A stretch of 64,000 bases of DNA from Thermoplasmata archaeon (lineage in GTDB: Archaea; Thermoplasmatota; Thermoplasmata; Lutacidiplasmatales; UBA184): the NCBI GenBank assembly GCA_028864975.1, contig JAGWLG010000001.1:96001-160000 (forward strand). The letters are read 5' to 3'. Position 1 is the first letter of the stretch. The number at the start of each line of letters is the position of its first letter. The translations under genes and the position numbers were made by a program. This document shows, in pieces, positions 38,050 through 47,033 of the stretch. A model generated the notes under the pieces. The model saw nothing but the letters and a program-made list of their open reading frames with translations, was not told where the DNA came from and did not search any database.

Positions 38050-41000
38050 ATGGTGCAGCCCGGGGGCACGCAGGCCACTCCCGCCCTCGCCAAGGCCCGG
38101 CAGTGGTTCGAATCGGCCGAGGCCGCCCAGCAGGTCCAGGACTTCAACCGCCAGGTCGAGGCCCTGAGGGAGGTTCTGAACCTCGCTCGGGACCGGTTCA
38201 ACGATCTTTCCTACCAGCGGCAGGAGGCGGGGGACCTCATGGACAAGACGGCCCTCGGGTTCTATCGGCTCTCGATCGGGGACGCGGCCCTGCAGTCCGT
38301 CGAGTTCGCGCTCTCCTTTACGCCGAACTCCGCCGCCGCCCTCCAGCACAAGGCGATGATCCTGCTGTCGATGAACCAGAACCTGGACCAGGTGCTGAAC
38401 CTCCTGGACCGGGCGCTCTCGGTCAACCCCCACGACAAGGGGATCTGGGCGAGCAAAGGGGACGCGCTCAAGATCCTGGGCCGGCCGCAGGAAGCGGTCG
38501 AGTGCTACCTCCAGGCGCAGCAGCTCGACGCGACCTCCACGCAGTACGTTGACCGGGCCTTGAAGCTCGTCCCGGGGCATCCGAAGGCCCTGCGGGTGAA
38601 GCTCGCGCTCGCCATGACCCTCGGAGGGGTCAAGCAGGCGACCGAGACCTGCGACCAGCTCCTCCAGTCGAATCCCTCGGACCCCGAGCTCCACTTCACC
38701 AAGGCGAACCTGCTCGCCTCCTCGGGGGACCTGAACCCCGCCCTCGACTCGCTGGAGAAGGCAATCCAGCTCAAGCCCGAGGACCCCCGTTACCTCTTCC
38801 TGAAGGCCCGGGTCCTGCTCGCGCTCCAGAAGAACGACGAGGCCTTCGCCCTCTACCGTTCCCTGCTCGAGAAGAAGGCCGAGGTCGACCCCTCGCTCTT
38901 GCTGGAGCTTTCCTCCACCTTGGAGTCGTTGAACCTCCAACCGGACCTCCAGGTCGAGGTCCGTCGCAGGGTCAAAGAGCTCGACCCGAGGAACCTCGCG
39001 AACCTCCAGGCGCTTCGGACGCTCTCGTTGAAGCAGGAGCGCAAGGACGTGGCCACCGAGGCGTGCGAGGCCATCCTCGTGCTGTCGCCCCACAACCTCG
39101 AGGCCGAGCGTACGCTCGGGGAGCTGCTCTCCGCCTCCGGTCAGGTCGAGGGGGCGTTGCGGGTCTACCAGGAGATTGTCCAGGCCCATCCCACCGAGGT
39201 CGAGGAGTTCCGCAAGGGGCTCAAGCTCGCGAAGCAGAACCGCAAGGCGCCCTACGTCGTGTTCTTCTCCAGGGCGATCCTGGCCCAGAACGCTTCGGAT
39301 GTTCCCGCGGCCGAAGAGCTGGCCCAGGCCCTTTCCTCCCTGGGGCAGCGGGACGAGGCCCTCCAGGTCTACGACCACATCCTGCGGATCAGCCCCGACA
39401 ACATCCCCATCCTCCTCCAGAAGAAGGACCTCCTGCAGGCGATGGGTCGCCAGGACGAGATCCCCGCGCTGCTCGACCGCATCTTCGAAAAGGACCCCTC
39501 CCGCTACGACGTGGCGCTCCACCGCGGGAACCTCTACCTCTCCCGCGCCTACCGGACCGCGGAGAAGGCGCCCGAGCGCAAGGGGCTGGCAACGGAGGCG
39601 CTGCGCAGCTACGAGCGCGCGAGCCTCTCGAGCGAGTTCCGCAACGTGAGCCTGCTCGGGGCGGCCCGGGCCGCGAAGCTCCTCGCGAACGTCGACCGTG
39701 CCATCGAGGGGTACAAGGAGTTCCTGAACGACCCCGCGAACGCGGCCCGGGGGGACATCTTCAAGGAGCTCGGCCACACGCTCCGGGAGACCGGGAGGAA
39801 CGCGGAAGCCGAGCTCGCCTACCAGAAGGCCATCGACCTCGGACGTGAGGACACTGACCTCATCTGGGGGATGGAGGAGGTCCTGGGGGCGCTCAACCAG
39901 GACGCGAAGGCGCTCCACTACGTCGAGATCCTGCTCCAGCGGGAGCCGCAGAACCCGCTCTTCCTTCGGCGGCGGGGGCGGCTCCTCCTCCGGCTAGGGC
40001 GGAAGGCCGAGGGGGTCCAGGTCCTGAAGAACGCGCTCTCCCCGCAGGAGCGCGACCCGATCGCGTACCTCGAGGTGGCGGACGCCCTCAAGGAGCAGGG
40101 GGCCTACGCCGATGCCCTCCCCTACTACCAGAAGGGGATCCAGCTCGACCCCGGGAACAAGCTGGGGACCCTCTCGCTCGCCGAGACCCTGATGCTCGCG
40201 GGTCGGTTCACGGAGGCCGCGACGGCGGTCGACGGGATCCTTCGGACCGATGCCTACGACCTGAGGCCCTGGAAGCTGCGCGCGGACATCTACCGGTCGC
40301 TGCAACGCGACACCGAGGTGCTCTACTCCCTGAAGGCGATCCTCCTGCTGGAGCCGGACAACGCCGCGGTCTGGGAGGAGAAGTACCGCGTCCACCTGGC
40401 GCGGGGAGAGAAGATCGACGCCTTCGAGTGCCTGACCAACCTGCTCGCCCACCCTCCGGAGAAGGGGAACCCGGCCTCGCTCTGGTTGAGCCACGGCGAC
40501 CTGGCGCTGGAGCTGGGGAAGACCGACGAGGCGATCAAGAGCTACGACAAGGCCGTGGCCGCCTCTCCCGATGTGAAGCTCGAGGTCGCCTACCGCAAGT
40601 CGGGCGTGGAGGAGCGTGAGAGCCGCTACGCGGACGCCCTCTCGACGCTCGAGGTCTTCGGCAATCCGCCATTCCCTTCCGAGGTCGCGCCCGAGCTGGG
40701 CGACCGGGTCCTGCTCACCCGGGGGCGCATCGCCTTCCACCTGGAGCGCTTCCAGGACGCGCTCGACATCTTCCAAGACCTCTCCCAGCGGAAGAGCGGC
40801 GACACCGAGGTCGCGCTCTGGTTCGTCCGGGCGCTCCTCGAGATGGGGGAGCACGCGAAGGCCCGGGACTTCCTCGAGCAGAACCTGACCGCGCTCTCGA
40901 GCCAGCCCGAGACCTATCTCCACCTTGCGGAAGCGGAGGCGGGGCTCGGGTCCCTCCCCCGCGCCGTCGATGCATGCATGAAGGGGCTCGAGCGGCACGC

Positions 41001-42531
41001 GAACAACGTCCCGCTGTTGGTCCGGCTGGGGGAACTGCAGAGCAAGCAGGAGAAGTGGAGCGAGGCGGCGGACGCCTACGGCCGCGCCCTCTCCGTCGAC
41101 GGGAACAACGCGGACCTCTTCATGAAGGACGGGAGCGTCCACGAGAAGCTCCAGCATCCGCACGAGGCGCTCACGGCCTACGAGCAGGCCCTGCGCATCG
41201 CCCCCGAGAACAAGTACGCGCTCGCGAGCCGAGGGCGCGTGCTGCTCGAGCTCGCGCGCCCCGAGGAGGGGCTCCAGAGCTTCGAGGCGGCGTTGAAGGT
41301 CGACGACGGGTTCGAGGCGGCCAAGGAAGGGCGCAAGCTCGCCCAGCAGAAGATCCGCGACCGGCAGATCGAGGGGTACGGCCGGGAGGCCCTTCTGCTG
41401 GAGGCGAAGCTCAACCGCCCGATCACCAAGAACGACCTCTTCCTGACGCTCCACATCCCCTTCGACCTCCTGGACCCCGTCACGCGGGCCATCTCCCGCA
41501 GCGTCGACGTGGACGTTCGGGACCTTCCCGAGCAGGAGCTCAAGGACCTGGAGAGCGCGAGCTACCACCTCATCAACGCGGCGCTGGAGCAGCGCGCGGA
41601 GATCGTCGAGAAGCGAGGGCTCACGCTCGCCGATGTCGCCATCCTCTCCCCGCCCAACTACACGCTCGCCCAGCTCCAGCGGCTCTTCGGCTACATGCGG
41701 GCGGTGCTGGAGATGGACATCCGTCCCGAGAACCTCTCCCTCACCCCCGATGTCGAGGAGCTCGCGCGGCGGGCGCTGGGTCTTCCCCCGGAGGAGCGGA
41801 CCCCCTTCCGCCTGGTGCGCAACCTGCGCGTCGGGCTCTACAAGGCCCGGCTGATCAAGGCGGTGGAAAGCATCGGTTCGGCGGTCCACGCCCCTCTCCC
41901 CTCGCTGCGGATCACGGAGTACGGCTCGCACCCTGCGGCGCCTCCCCCCTCGCCGCCGTCCCAACCTCCCTCCTCGCCCCCCTCGTCGTCCGTCGGGGCC
42001 CCCGCGGCGCCCCCCTCGTACGGCTCCCCGTACTCGAGCCCCCCCTCCCCGCCGAGCTACGGGGCTCCGTCGACCCCTTCGAGTTACCCTTCGTCCAACC
42101 CGCCGCAACCCGGACCCGCGCTTCCCAGCACCGCGCCCCCGTCCGCGTCCTCCCCGTCAGGAGGGGCCCGCGCGTCCCCTGCTGGACCTCCGCCCGATCT
42201 CACTCCTGCGCCCGCGGGGGCTCGCTGCTCGGGATGCGGCGGGCTTGCCCAGTACCGCCACACCTGCGGGGCCTCGGTCTGCCAGCACTGCGTCGTGCAG
42301 TTCGGCAGCTGTCCTCGGTGCTCGCTCACGCTGACGCTCCCCTCCACGCAGACGACCACTCCGGTCCCCTCCATCCCCGGGGGACAGGACCGGATCGAGA
42401 TGCCCCTCGCGCTGCTCGCGGTCTCTTCGCGGGACGACGACTCGGGCACGGTCTCCCGGGGGAAGCACGGCGGCTCCCGCTCCTCCCGCGACTCGCGGCG
42501 GGAGTCGCGGGACGAGGACGCGCGCCTCTGA
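38050..42531 (+). CDS. Giant TPR protein (~1490 aa) with helical C-domain, P/S-rich linker and C-terminal Cys/His zinc finger
   Basis: Many 34-aa helical repeats; start at ATG 38050 inferred from TTTAT at ~38018; tail CSGC..HTC..CQHC..CPRC. Confidence 0.85.
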   Translation: MVQPGGTQATPALAKARQWFESAEAAQQVQDFNRQVEALREVLNLARDRFNDLSYQRQEAGDLMDKTALGFYRLSIGDAALQSVEFALSFTPNSAAALQHKAMILLSMNQNLDQVLNLLDRALSVNPHDKGIWASKGDALKILGRPQEAVECYLQAQQLDATSTQYVDRALKLVPGHPKALRVKLALAMTLGGVKQATETCDQLLQSNPSDPELHFTKANLLASSGDLNPALDSLEKAIQLKPEDPRYLFLKARVLLALQKNDEAFALYRSLLEKKAEVDPSLLLELSSTLESLNLQPDLQVEVRRRVKELDPRNLANLQALRTLSLKQERKDVATEACEAILVLSPHNLEAERTLGELLSASGQVEGALRVYQEIVQAHPTEVEEFRKGLKLAKQNRKAPYVVFFSRAILAQNASDVPAAEELAQALSSLGQRDEALQVYDHILRISPDNIPILLQKKDLLQAMGRQDEIPALLDRIFEKDPSRYDVALHRGNLYLSRAYRTAEKAPERKGLATEALRSYERASLSSEFRNVSLLGAARAAKLLANVDRAIEGYKEFLNDPANAARGDIFKELGHTLRETGRNAEAELAYQKAIDLGREDTDLIWGMEEVLGALNQDAKALHYVEILLQREPQNPLFLRRRGRLLLRLGRKAEGVQVLKNALSPQERDPIAYLEVADALKEQGAYADALPYYQKGIQLDPGNKLGTLSLAETLMLAGRFTEAATAVDGILRTDAYDLRPWKLRADIYRSLQRDTEVLYSLKAILLLEPDNAAVWEEKYRVHLARGEKIDAFECLTNLLAHPPEKGNPASLWLSHGDLALELGKTDEAIKSYDKAVAASPDVKLEVAYRKSGVEERESRYADALSTLEVFGNPPFPSEVAPELGDRVLLTRGRIAFHLERFQDALDIFQDLSQRKSGDTEVALWFVRALLEMGEHAKARDFLEQNLTALSSQPETYLHLAEAEAGLGSLPRAVDACMKGLERHANNVPLLVRLGELQSKQEKWSEAADAYGRALSVDGNNADLFMKDGSVHEKLQHPHEALTAYEQALRIAPENKYALASRGRVLLELARPEEGLQSFEAALKVDDGFEAAKEGRKLAQQKIRDRQIEGYGREALLLEAKLNRPITKNDLFLTLHIPFDLLDPVTRAISRSVDVDVRDLPEQELKDLESASYHLINAALEQRAEIVEKRGLTLADVAILSPPNYTLAQLQRLFGYMRAVLEMDIRPENLSLTPDVEELARRALGLPPEERTPFRLVRNLRVGLYKARLIKAVESIGSAVHAPLPSLRITEYGSHPAAPPPSPPSQPPSSPPSSSVGAPAAPPSYGSPYSSPPSPPSYGAPSTPSSYPSSNPPQPGPALPSTAPPSASSPSGGARASPAGPPPDLTPAPAGARCSGCGGLAQYRHTCGASVCQHCVVQFGSCPRCSLTLTLPSTQTTTPVPSIPGGQDRIEMPLALLAVSSRDDDSGTVSRGKHGGSRSSRDSRRESRDEDARL

Positions 42532-42653
42532 GGGGGGCCAAGGGGTCGTGTGGGACCGATCTTTCCCCGAGGGTCTTCACCCATCTTGAGGGGGGTCTTC
42601 AGCATCATTATGAAGGGCGGCGACCCTAAGTTCTGGGTCAGGGCTGGGGGGAG

Positions 42654-43226
42654 ATGAGCAGCAGCAAGGCCGAGATGCAGGCGGCGGAGACCGGCGCCCG
42701 ACTGAGCGGGATCGCGATCGTCGCCATCCTGCTGGGCATCCTCGTGCTGATCGGGGTCGCGATCTACGTCTCCTTCCCCGCGACCAACAACCACTTCTCT
42801 GCCCTCATCGCGATCGGGATCCTCGGGCTGGTCGTCTCCGTCCTGGCCGTGCTCCTCCAGGCCGCGAGCCGTGACCCGTCCATGGCCCGCGCGGCCTCGG
42901 CGGGGTCATTCTGGTTCGGGGTCGCGGTCCTGCTCGGTGCGGGGCTCGTCGCCCCCGACGGGGCCTTCTCCGGCTCGGCCTGCCCGGCGAGCGGGAGCGC
43001 AGGGGCCGCCTGCCAGATCACCTTCGGGTCGATCCGGATCGTCTACCTCATCGTCGTCCTTCTCATCGTCGTCGCGGGGCTTCTCTACATGCGCTGGCAG
43101 CTCCAGGGACGCGCGCGCGATGCGGCCCAAGAGTCCCACCGGGCGGCCTGGAGGGCCAAGTCCGGTGTCCAGGTCGGCACCCCCGGAGCGGGCTCGCCGA
43201 ACGACCCCCGTACCAATCCCCCCTAG
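42654..43226 (+). CDS. Four-TM membrane protein of unknown function
   Basis: Four hydrophobic segments; a Cys pair in the loop before the last TM; GGGGAG upstream. Confidence 0.75.
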   Translation: MSSSKAEMQAAETGARLSGIAIVAILLGILVLIGVAIYVSFPATNNHFSALIAIGILGLVVSVLAVLLQAASRDPSMARAASAGSFWFGVAVLLGAGLVAPDGAFSGSACPASGSAGAACQITFGSIRIVYLIVVLLIVVAGLLYMRWQLQGRARDAAQESHRAAWRAKSGVQVGTPGAGSPNDPRTNPP

Positions 43227-43233
43227 GTGAACC

Positions 43234-44064
43234 ATGGCGATGAGCAATCCCGCAATGTCTGCCTCGGCCGGACCGAAATTCTGCTCTCAGTGCGGGGGCC
43301 CCTTGGGCTCCGGGGCCAAGTTCTGCCCAGGGTGCGGAGCTTCCGTCGCGCCCTCCGCGGCGGTCCCTTCCGCGGCGCCCGTCGGGGTGGCCCCGGTCGA
43401 CCCCTCCAGCGCTCCTCCTCCCATGGCGGCCGACCCGCCTCCTCCTCCGCCTCCTCCCCCGCCGCCTCCCGCGGCGGGACCCTCCGGGCCGAACCCGTAC
43501 GGCGCTCCTCCCGTCCCCGCCTCGTCCCCCGCCGGGAACGACATCCGGGGACGCGTCGACCAGGACCGGGGGTTCCTCAAGAAGCTCCAGTTGTTGATCC
43601 CTGGGTTCCGCGGCTATCGTCAGGCCGAGGACGTCCGTGCGGCCGACTCGATCCTGAGGATCCAGGTCGCGGACCGGCTCGTCACAGCGATGACGCAGAT
43701 CGACACCGTCCGCAGCCAGATGGGGCGCGACGGCATCATGGCGGGCCTCGTCGCGGTCGGCGGTCTCAGGACCGAGATGCAGCGCCTGGAGGGACAGATC
43801 CGCCACGCTGAGGGCGGCTACAGCGGCCTGTCGGCGACCATCAAGGTCACCCCTCAGACGCTCGACTCCCTCTACGAAAGGGACTACACCTTCGTCGCCT
43901 CGGCCGACCAGGTGCTCCAGAGCATGGGAGGGCTGCAGACGGCGGTCTCCTCCCGCGACACGAACCAGATCAACACGATGTGCGACACCCTTCGGGCCAA
44001 CCTGAAGGCGCTCGAGACGTCGTTCAGCCAGAGGATGCTCTCCGTGGAGGGGGTCCTCCAGTGA
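43234..44064 (+). CDS. Zinc-ribbon + poly-Pro linker + helical-bundle protein
   Basis: FCSQCG...FCPGCG; PPPPPPPPPPP; IPGFRGYRQAEDVRAAD helical domain. Confidence 0.8.
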   Translation: MAMSNPAMSASAGPKFCSQCGGPLGSGAKFCPGCGASVAPSAAVPSAAPVGVAPVDPSSAPPPMAADPPPPPPPPPPPPAAGPSGPNPYGAPPVPASSPAGNDIRGRVDQDRGFLKKLQLLIPGFRGYRQAEDVRAADSILRIQVADRLVTAMTQIDTVRSQMGRDGIMAGLVAVGGLRTEMQRLEGQIRHAEGGYSGLSATIKVTPQTLDSLYERDYTFVASADQVLQSMGGLQTAVSSRDTNQINTMCDTLRANLKALETSFSQRMLSVEGVLQ

Positions 44065-44123
44065 GCCTGGCCCATCCGAAGGTCCACCCAGGAAGTTCAG
44101 CAAACTAAGGAGCGGAACGAACG

Positions 44124-45407
44124 ATGTTCACACGCAACACCCCACCCCCGGCGACCGGCGGCTCTCTCTTCGGCTCGACGACGATCATCTGGGAGGACGC
44201 CTTCAAGGGACCCAACGTGATGTGGCGGGTCCCCCGCAACATCCGCCTCAACGACAACGTGGTCGTTCGGGAGGACGAGTACGCGGTCTTCTTCCGCGAC
44301 GGGAAGGTCCTCTCCTACATCGACCGCCCCGACCGTTACGCGCTGACGTCGATCAACGCCCCCATCGTCGGGACGCTGGTCCAGAAGCTCTCGGGCGTCC
44401 AGCAGCAGGCGGAGGTCTACTACCTCCAGCGCCGCTTCTTCGACGGCAAGTTCGGTTCGAAGGAGCCCTACATCTTCAAGGACCCCGATTTTGGGCTCGT
44501 CCAGCTGAGGGTCTTCGGGGACTACCGCTGGCGCGTCTCCCACTGCGACAACTTCATCACGCAGTTCGTGGGGACCTTCGGCGCGGAGGCCTCGGCGGAC
44601 ATCGAGGACCGGACCCGGGACCAGATGGTCCTCCTGGTCTACGCGGCCCTCGGACAGGCGAAGCAGCAGGGGATGGCGGTGACCGACCTTGCCGCCCAGC
44701 TCCAGACCATCGAGCAGATGGTGCTCGCGAAGGCGCCGGACTACTTCGACGCCTACGGGATCGAGATCAACCGTCTCCAGGGGCTGTCGATCAGCGTCCC
44801 GGACGAGGTCCAGAAGGCCATCGACACGCGCAGCACGATGGGTGTCCTGGGCGTCAACTACATGCAGTACCAGGCCGGCCAGGCCATGACCACGGCCGCC
44901 GCCAACCCTGGCGGGGCTGGGACGTTCATGGGGGCCGGGCTCGGCCTCGGGGCCGGGATGGGCATGGGCTACGGCATGGCGGGACAGATGCAGGGGGCTT
45001 ACCAGCAGGGCCCCGGGGGGGCGGGCGGACCCTCGAGCCCGTGTCCCAAGTGCGGTGCCCTCATCCCAGGGGGGACGCGCTTCTGTCCCTCGTGCGGGTT
45101 CAACTTCGCGGCCCCGGCCCCGCCGGGCGGCGGAGGCGGAGCGGGAGCGGTCTGCCCCAAGTGCGGCCAGCCGTTCGGAACGGGGAAGTTCTGCATGAAC
45201 TGCGGGGCCCCCGCGGCGGCGCCCGCCGCGTCTTCGGCCGTGTGCCCGAAGTGTGGCCAGCCGTTCGGGAACGGGAAGTTCTGCATGAACTGCGGGGCTC
45301 CCGCCGCGGCGCCTGCGGCGGCCGCGGCCCCCGCGAACTGCGCGAAGTGCGGTCAGCCGTTCGGGACCGGGAAGTTCTGCATGAACTGCGGGGCCCCTCG
45401 GGCCTGA
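44124..45407 (+). CDS. SPFH/band-7 protein (YdjI-like) with four C-terminal double zinc ribbons
   Basis: VVREDEYAVFFRDGK, GRY-like DRYAL, FGLVQLRVFGDY, YMQYQAGQAM; repeated CPKCG..FC..CG. Confidence 0.85.
   Translation: MFTRNTPPPATGGSLFGSTTIIWEDAFKGPNVMWRVPRNIRLNDNVVVREDEYAVFFRDGKVLSYIDRPDRYALTSINAPIVGTLVQKLSGVQQQAEVYYLQRRFFDGKFGSKEPYIFKDPDFGLVQLRVFGDYRWRVSHCDNFITQFVGTFGAEASADIEDRTRDQMVLLVYAALGQAKQQGMAVTDLAAQLQTIEQMVLAKAPDYFDAYGIEINRLQGLSISVPDEVQKAIDTRSTMGVLGVNYMQYQAGQAMTTAAANPGGAGTFMGAGLGLGAGMGMGYGMAGQMQGAYQQGPGGAGGPSSPCPKCGALIPGGTRFCPSCGFNFAAPAPPGGGGGAGAVCPKCGQPFGTGKFCMNCGAPAAAPAASSAVCPKCGQPFGNGKFCMNCGAPAAAPAAAAAPANCAKCGQPFGTGKFCMNCGAPRA
45153..45398 (+). repeat. Three near-identical ~58-nt repeats encoding C(P/A)KCGQPFG(T/N)GKFCMNCGAP
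   Basis: Copies start at 45153, 45243 and 45339; shared core CAGCCGTTCGG...GGGAAGTTCTGCATGAACTGCGGGGC. Confidence 0.9.
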
Positions 45408-45420
45408 GCTCGGAGGACCC

Positions 45421-46431
45421 ATGTTCTGCAACGCCTGCGGCCAACAGAACCCCGACGGGGCGGCCTTCTGCGCGCGATGCGGGAGGCCGCTCGCGGCCAC
45501 CGCCTCGGGAGGTGCCCCCGCAGGGTACGGGGCTCCGCCTCCTCCCCCACCCCCCCAGCAAGCGGCGGCCCCGATCGACCTCAAGAGCCTCAAGTGCAAG
45601 CAGTGCGGAGCGCCGCTCAATCCTTCCGGGAACGACGCTATCATCACCTGCGAGTACTGCGGGACCTCTGTCACCATCTCGGGAGCGGGGCTCAAGGCCA
45701 TCCAGAACCACTCGATGCTGGTCCCCCAGGTCCTGGACCAGCAGCAGGCGATGGCCGCGGTCGGGAAGTGGATGAACTCCCAGGGCCTCTTCCACCGCCA
45801 CGACTACGAGACCTCGAAGCTCCTCGAGGCCAAGGTCCAGATGGTCCCCTTCTGGATCATCCCTTCGAGCGCGGTGACCCACTACGTCTACCAGGACGCG
45901 GGGGTCGAGGCCGCCGAGATCGGCGGGGGGCTGGCGGCGGCTGCGCTCCTGGGAGGCCGCGGCGGGGGCGCGGGGAACCTCCTCGGGGGGATGATGCTCG
46001 GGTCGGCGATGGGCGGCGGCGGGGCGAACATGGCCAAGCGGGCGGCGGAGCTCGCGGGCCAATACCAGTTCCCGATCATCGGGGTGAAGGGACTCGGCGC
46101 TTACCAACCCAAGGAGTACCAGTTCGATCTGACCTCGCGCGTTCCCTACGACAAACGCAAGGCCCCGAACGGGATCCCCGTCCTCAACGGGGACGTGAGC
46201 GAGGACGACGCGAAGTTCCAGGCCAAGAACATGGTGGTCCAACTCCAGGCCGCGAAGGCCCGCCACCAGCACCGGATGATCGAGCAGCTCAACACCGAGG
46301 TCAACGTCTCGGACGGCGAGCTCCTCCACGCGCCCGTATGGTACATGAACTTCCAGAAGAAGAACGGTCAGAACGAGATGATCGTCATCGACGCCGCGCG
46401 AAACGCGGTGATGAACGCGCAGAAGCAATAG
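45421..46431 (+). CDS. Multi-zinc-ribbon protein, YdjG-like
   Basis: MFCNACG..FCARCG; LKCKQCGAPL..ITCEYCG; MVPFWII; APVW. Confidence 0.75.
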   Translation: MFCNACGQQNPDGAAFCARCGRPLAATASGGAPAGYGAPPPPPPPQQAAAPIDLKSLKCKQCGAPLNPSGNDAIITCEYCGTSVTISGAGLKAIQNHSMLVPQVLDQQQAMAAVGKWMNSQGLFHRHDYETSKLLEAKVQMVPFWIIPSSAVTHYVYQDAGVEAAEIGGGLAAAALLGGRGGGAGNLLGGMMLGSAMGGGGANMAKRAAELAGQYQFPIIGVKGLGAYQPKEYQFDLTSRVPYDKRKAPNGIPVLNGDVSEDDAKFQAKNMVVQLQAAKARHQHRMIEQLNTEVNVSDGELLHAPVWYMNFQKKNGQNEMIVIDAARNAVMNAQKQ

Positions 46432-46451
46432 CCCCCGGCCCGCGCTCGTGC

Positions 46452-47033
46452 CTACGTCGCGGATGCCGGGGCCGCCTCGTCGTGGAAGGTGGAACGGAAG
46501 GTGTACTGCGCGGGCATCCTCCGTTGGCGGGGGGTCCAGAAGGGGCAGGCCGTACATCGGTATCCCACGATGACCGAGGAATCCCCCCAGAGGGTCTCGT
46601 TGTAACGGGGTCGAATGGGATGAAAGCAGACCGGACAAGTCATGAGAGGATGCTTGCCGCCCCGGTTCGCATATCGGACCGATAGCCGGACGAGCGAGGA
46701 GGTCGCCAGCAGGGCCCGCATCCGGATGGGACCCACGTAGCGCGGAGGGTCCTCCTTCCGCAGTCGGCGGGAGACCTCCTGCCAAAGGGCGTGCTGGGAG
46801 AAGACCGTCCCTCCCTTCTTCCGGAGGACCTGGAACGCGACGCGCTCGACGTCCTTGAGGTCCGCGCGCTTGTACCCCGAAGCGGGAGCCTGGGGAGGGG
46901 GGCGGGGGCCCGGGCCGCTACGACGCCGAGAAGGTGCGCCCTTCTCGGGCCGAGATCTCCTGCTGGTAAAAGAGTCGAGCGAGAGCTTCCTCGTCCGCGC
47001 CGACGGGGAGGGTCGTCTCCTTGCCCTTCTCAT
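46452..47033 (-). CDS. Putative winged-helix + zinc-finger DNA-binding protein (true start uncertain)
   Basis: Basic helical N-part; CPVC...NETLWG...YRCTAC; the only in-frame ATG overlaps the upstream gene by ~115 nt. Confidence 0.6.
   Translation of the reverse strand: MRRARRRPSPSARTRKLSLDSFTSRRSRPEKGAPSRRRSGPGPRPPPQAPASGYKRADLKDVERVAFQVLRKKGGTVFSQHALWQEVSRRLRKEDPPRYVGPIRMRALLATSSLVRLSVRYANRGGKHPLMTCPVCFHPIRPRYNETLWGDSSVIVGYRCTACPFWTPRQRRMPAQYTFRSTFHDEAAPASAT

Noticed and set aside
42568-42601. Direct repeat GGGTCTTCA twice upstream of the 4-TM gene
   Set aside because: Only two 9-nt copies; too little to call a binding site without conservation data
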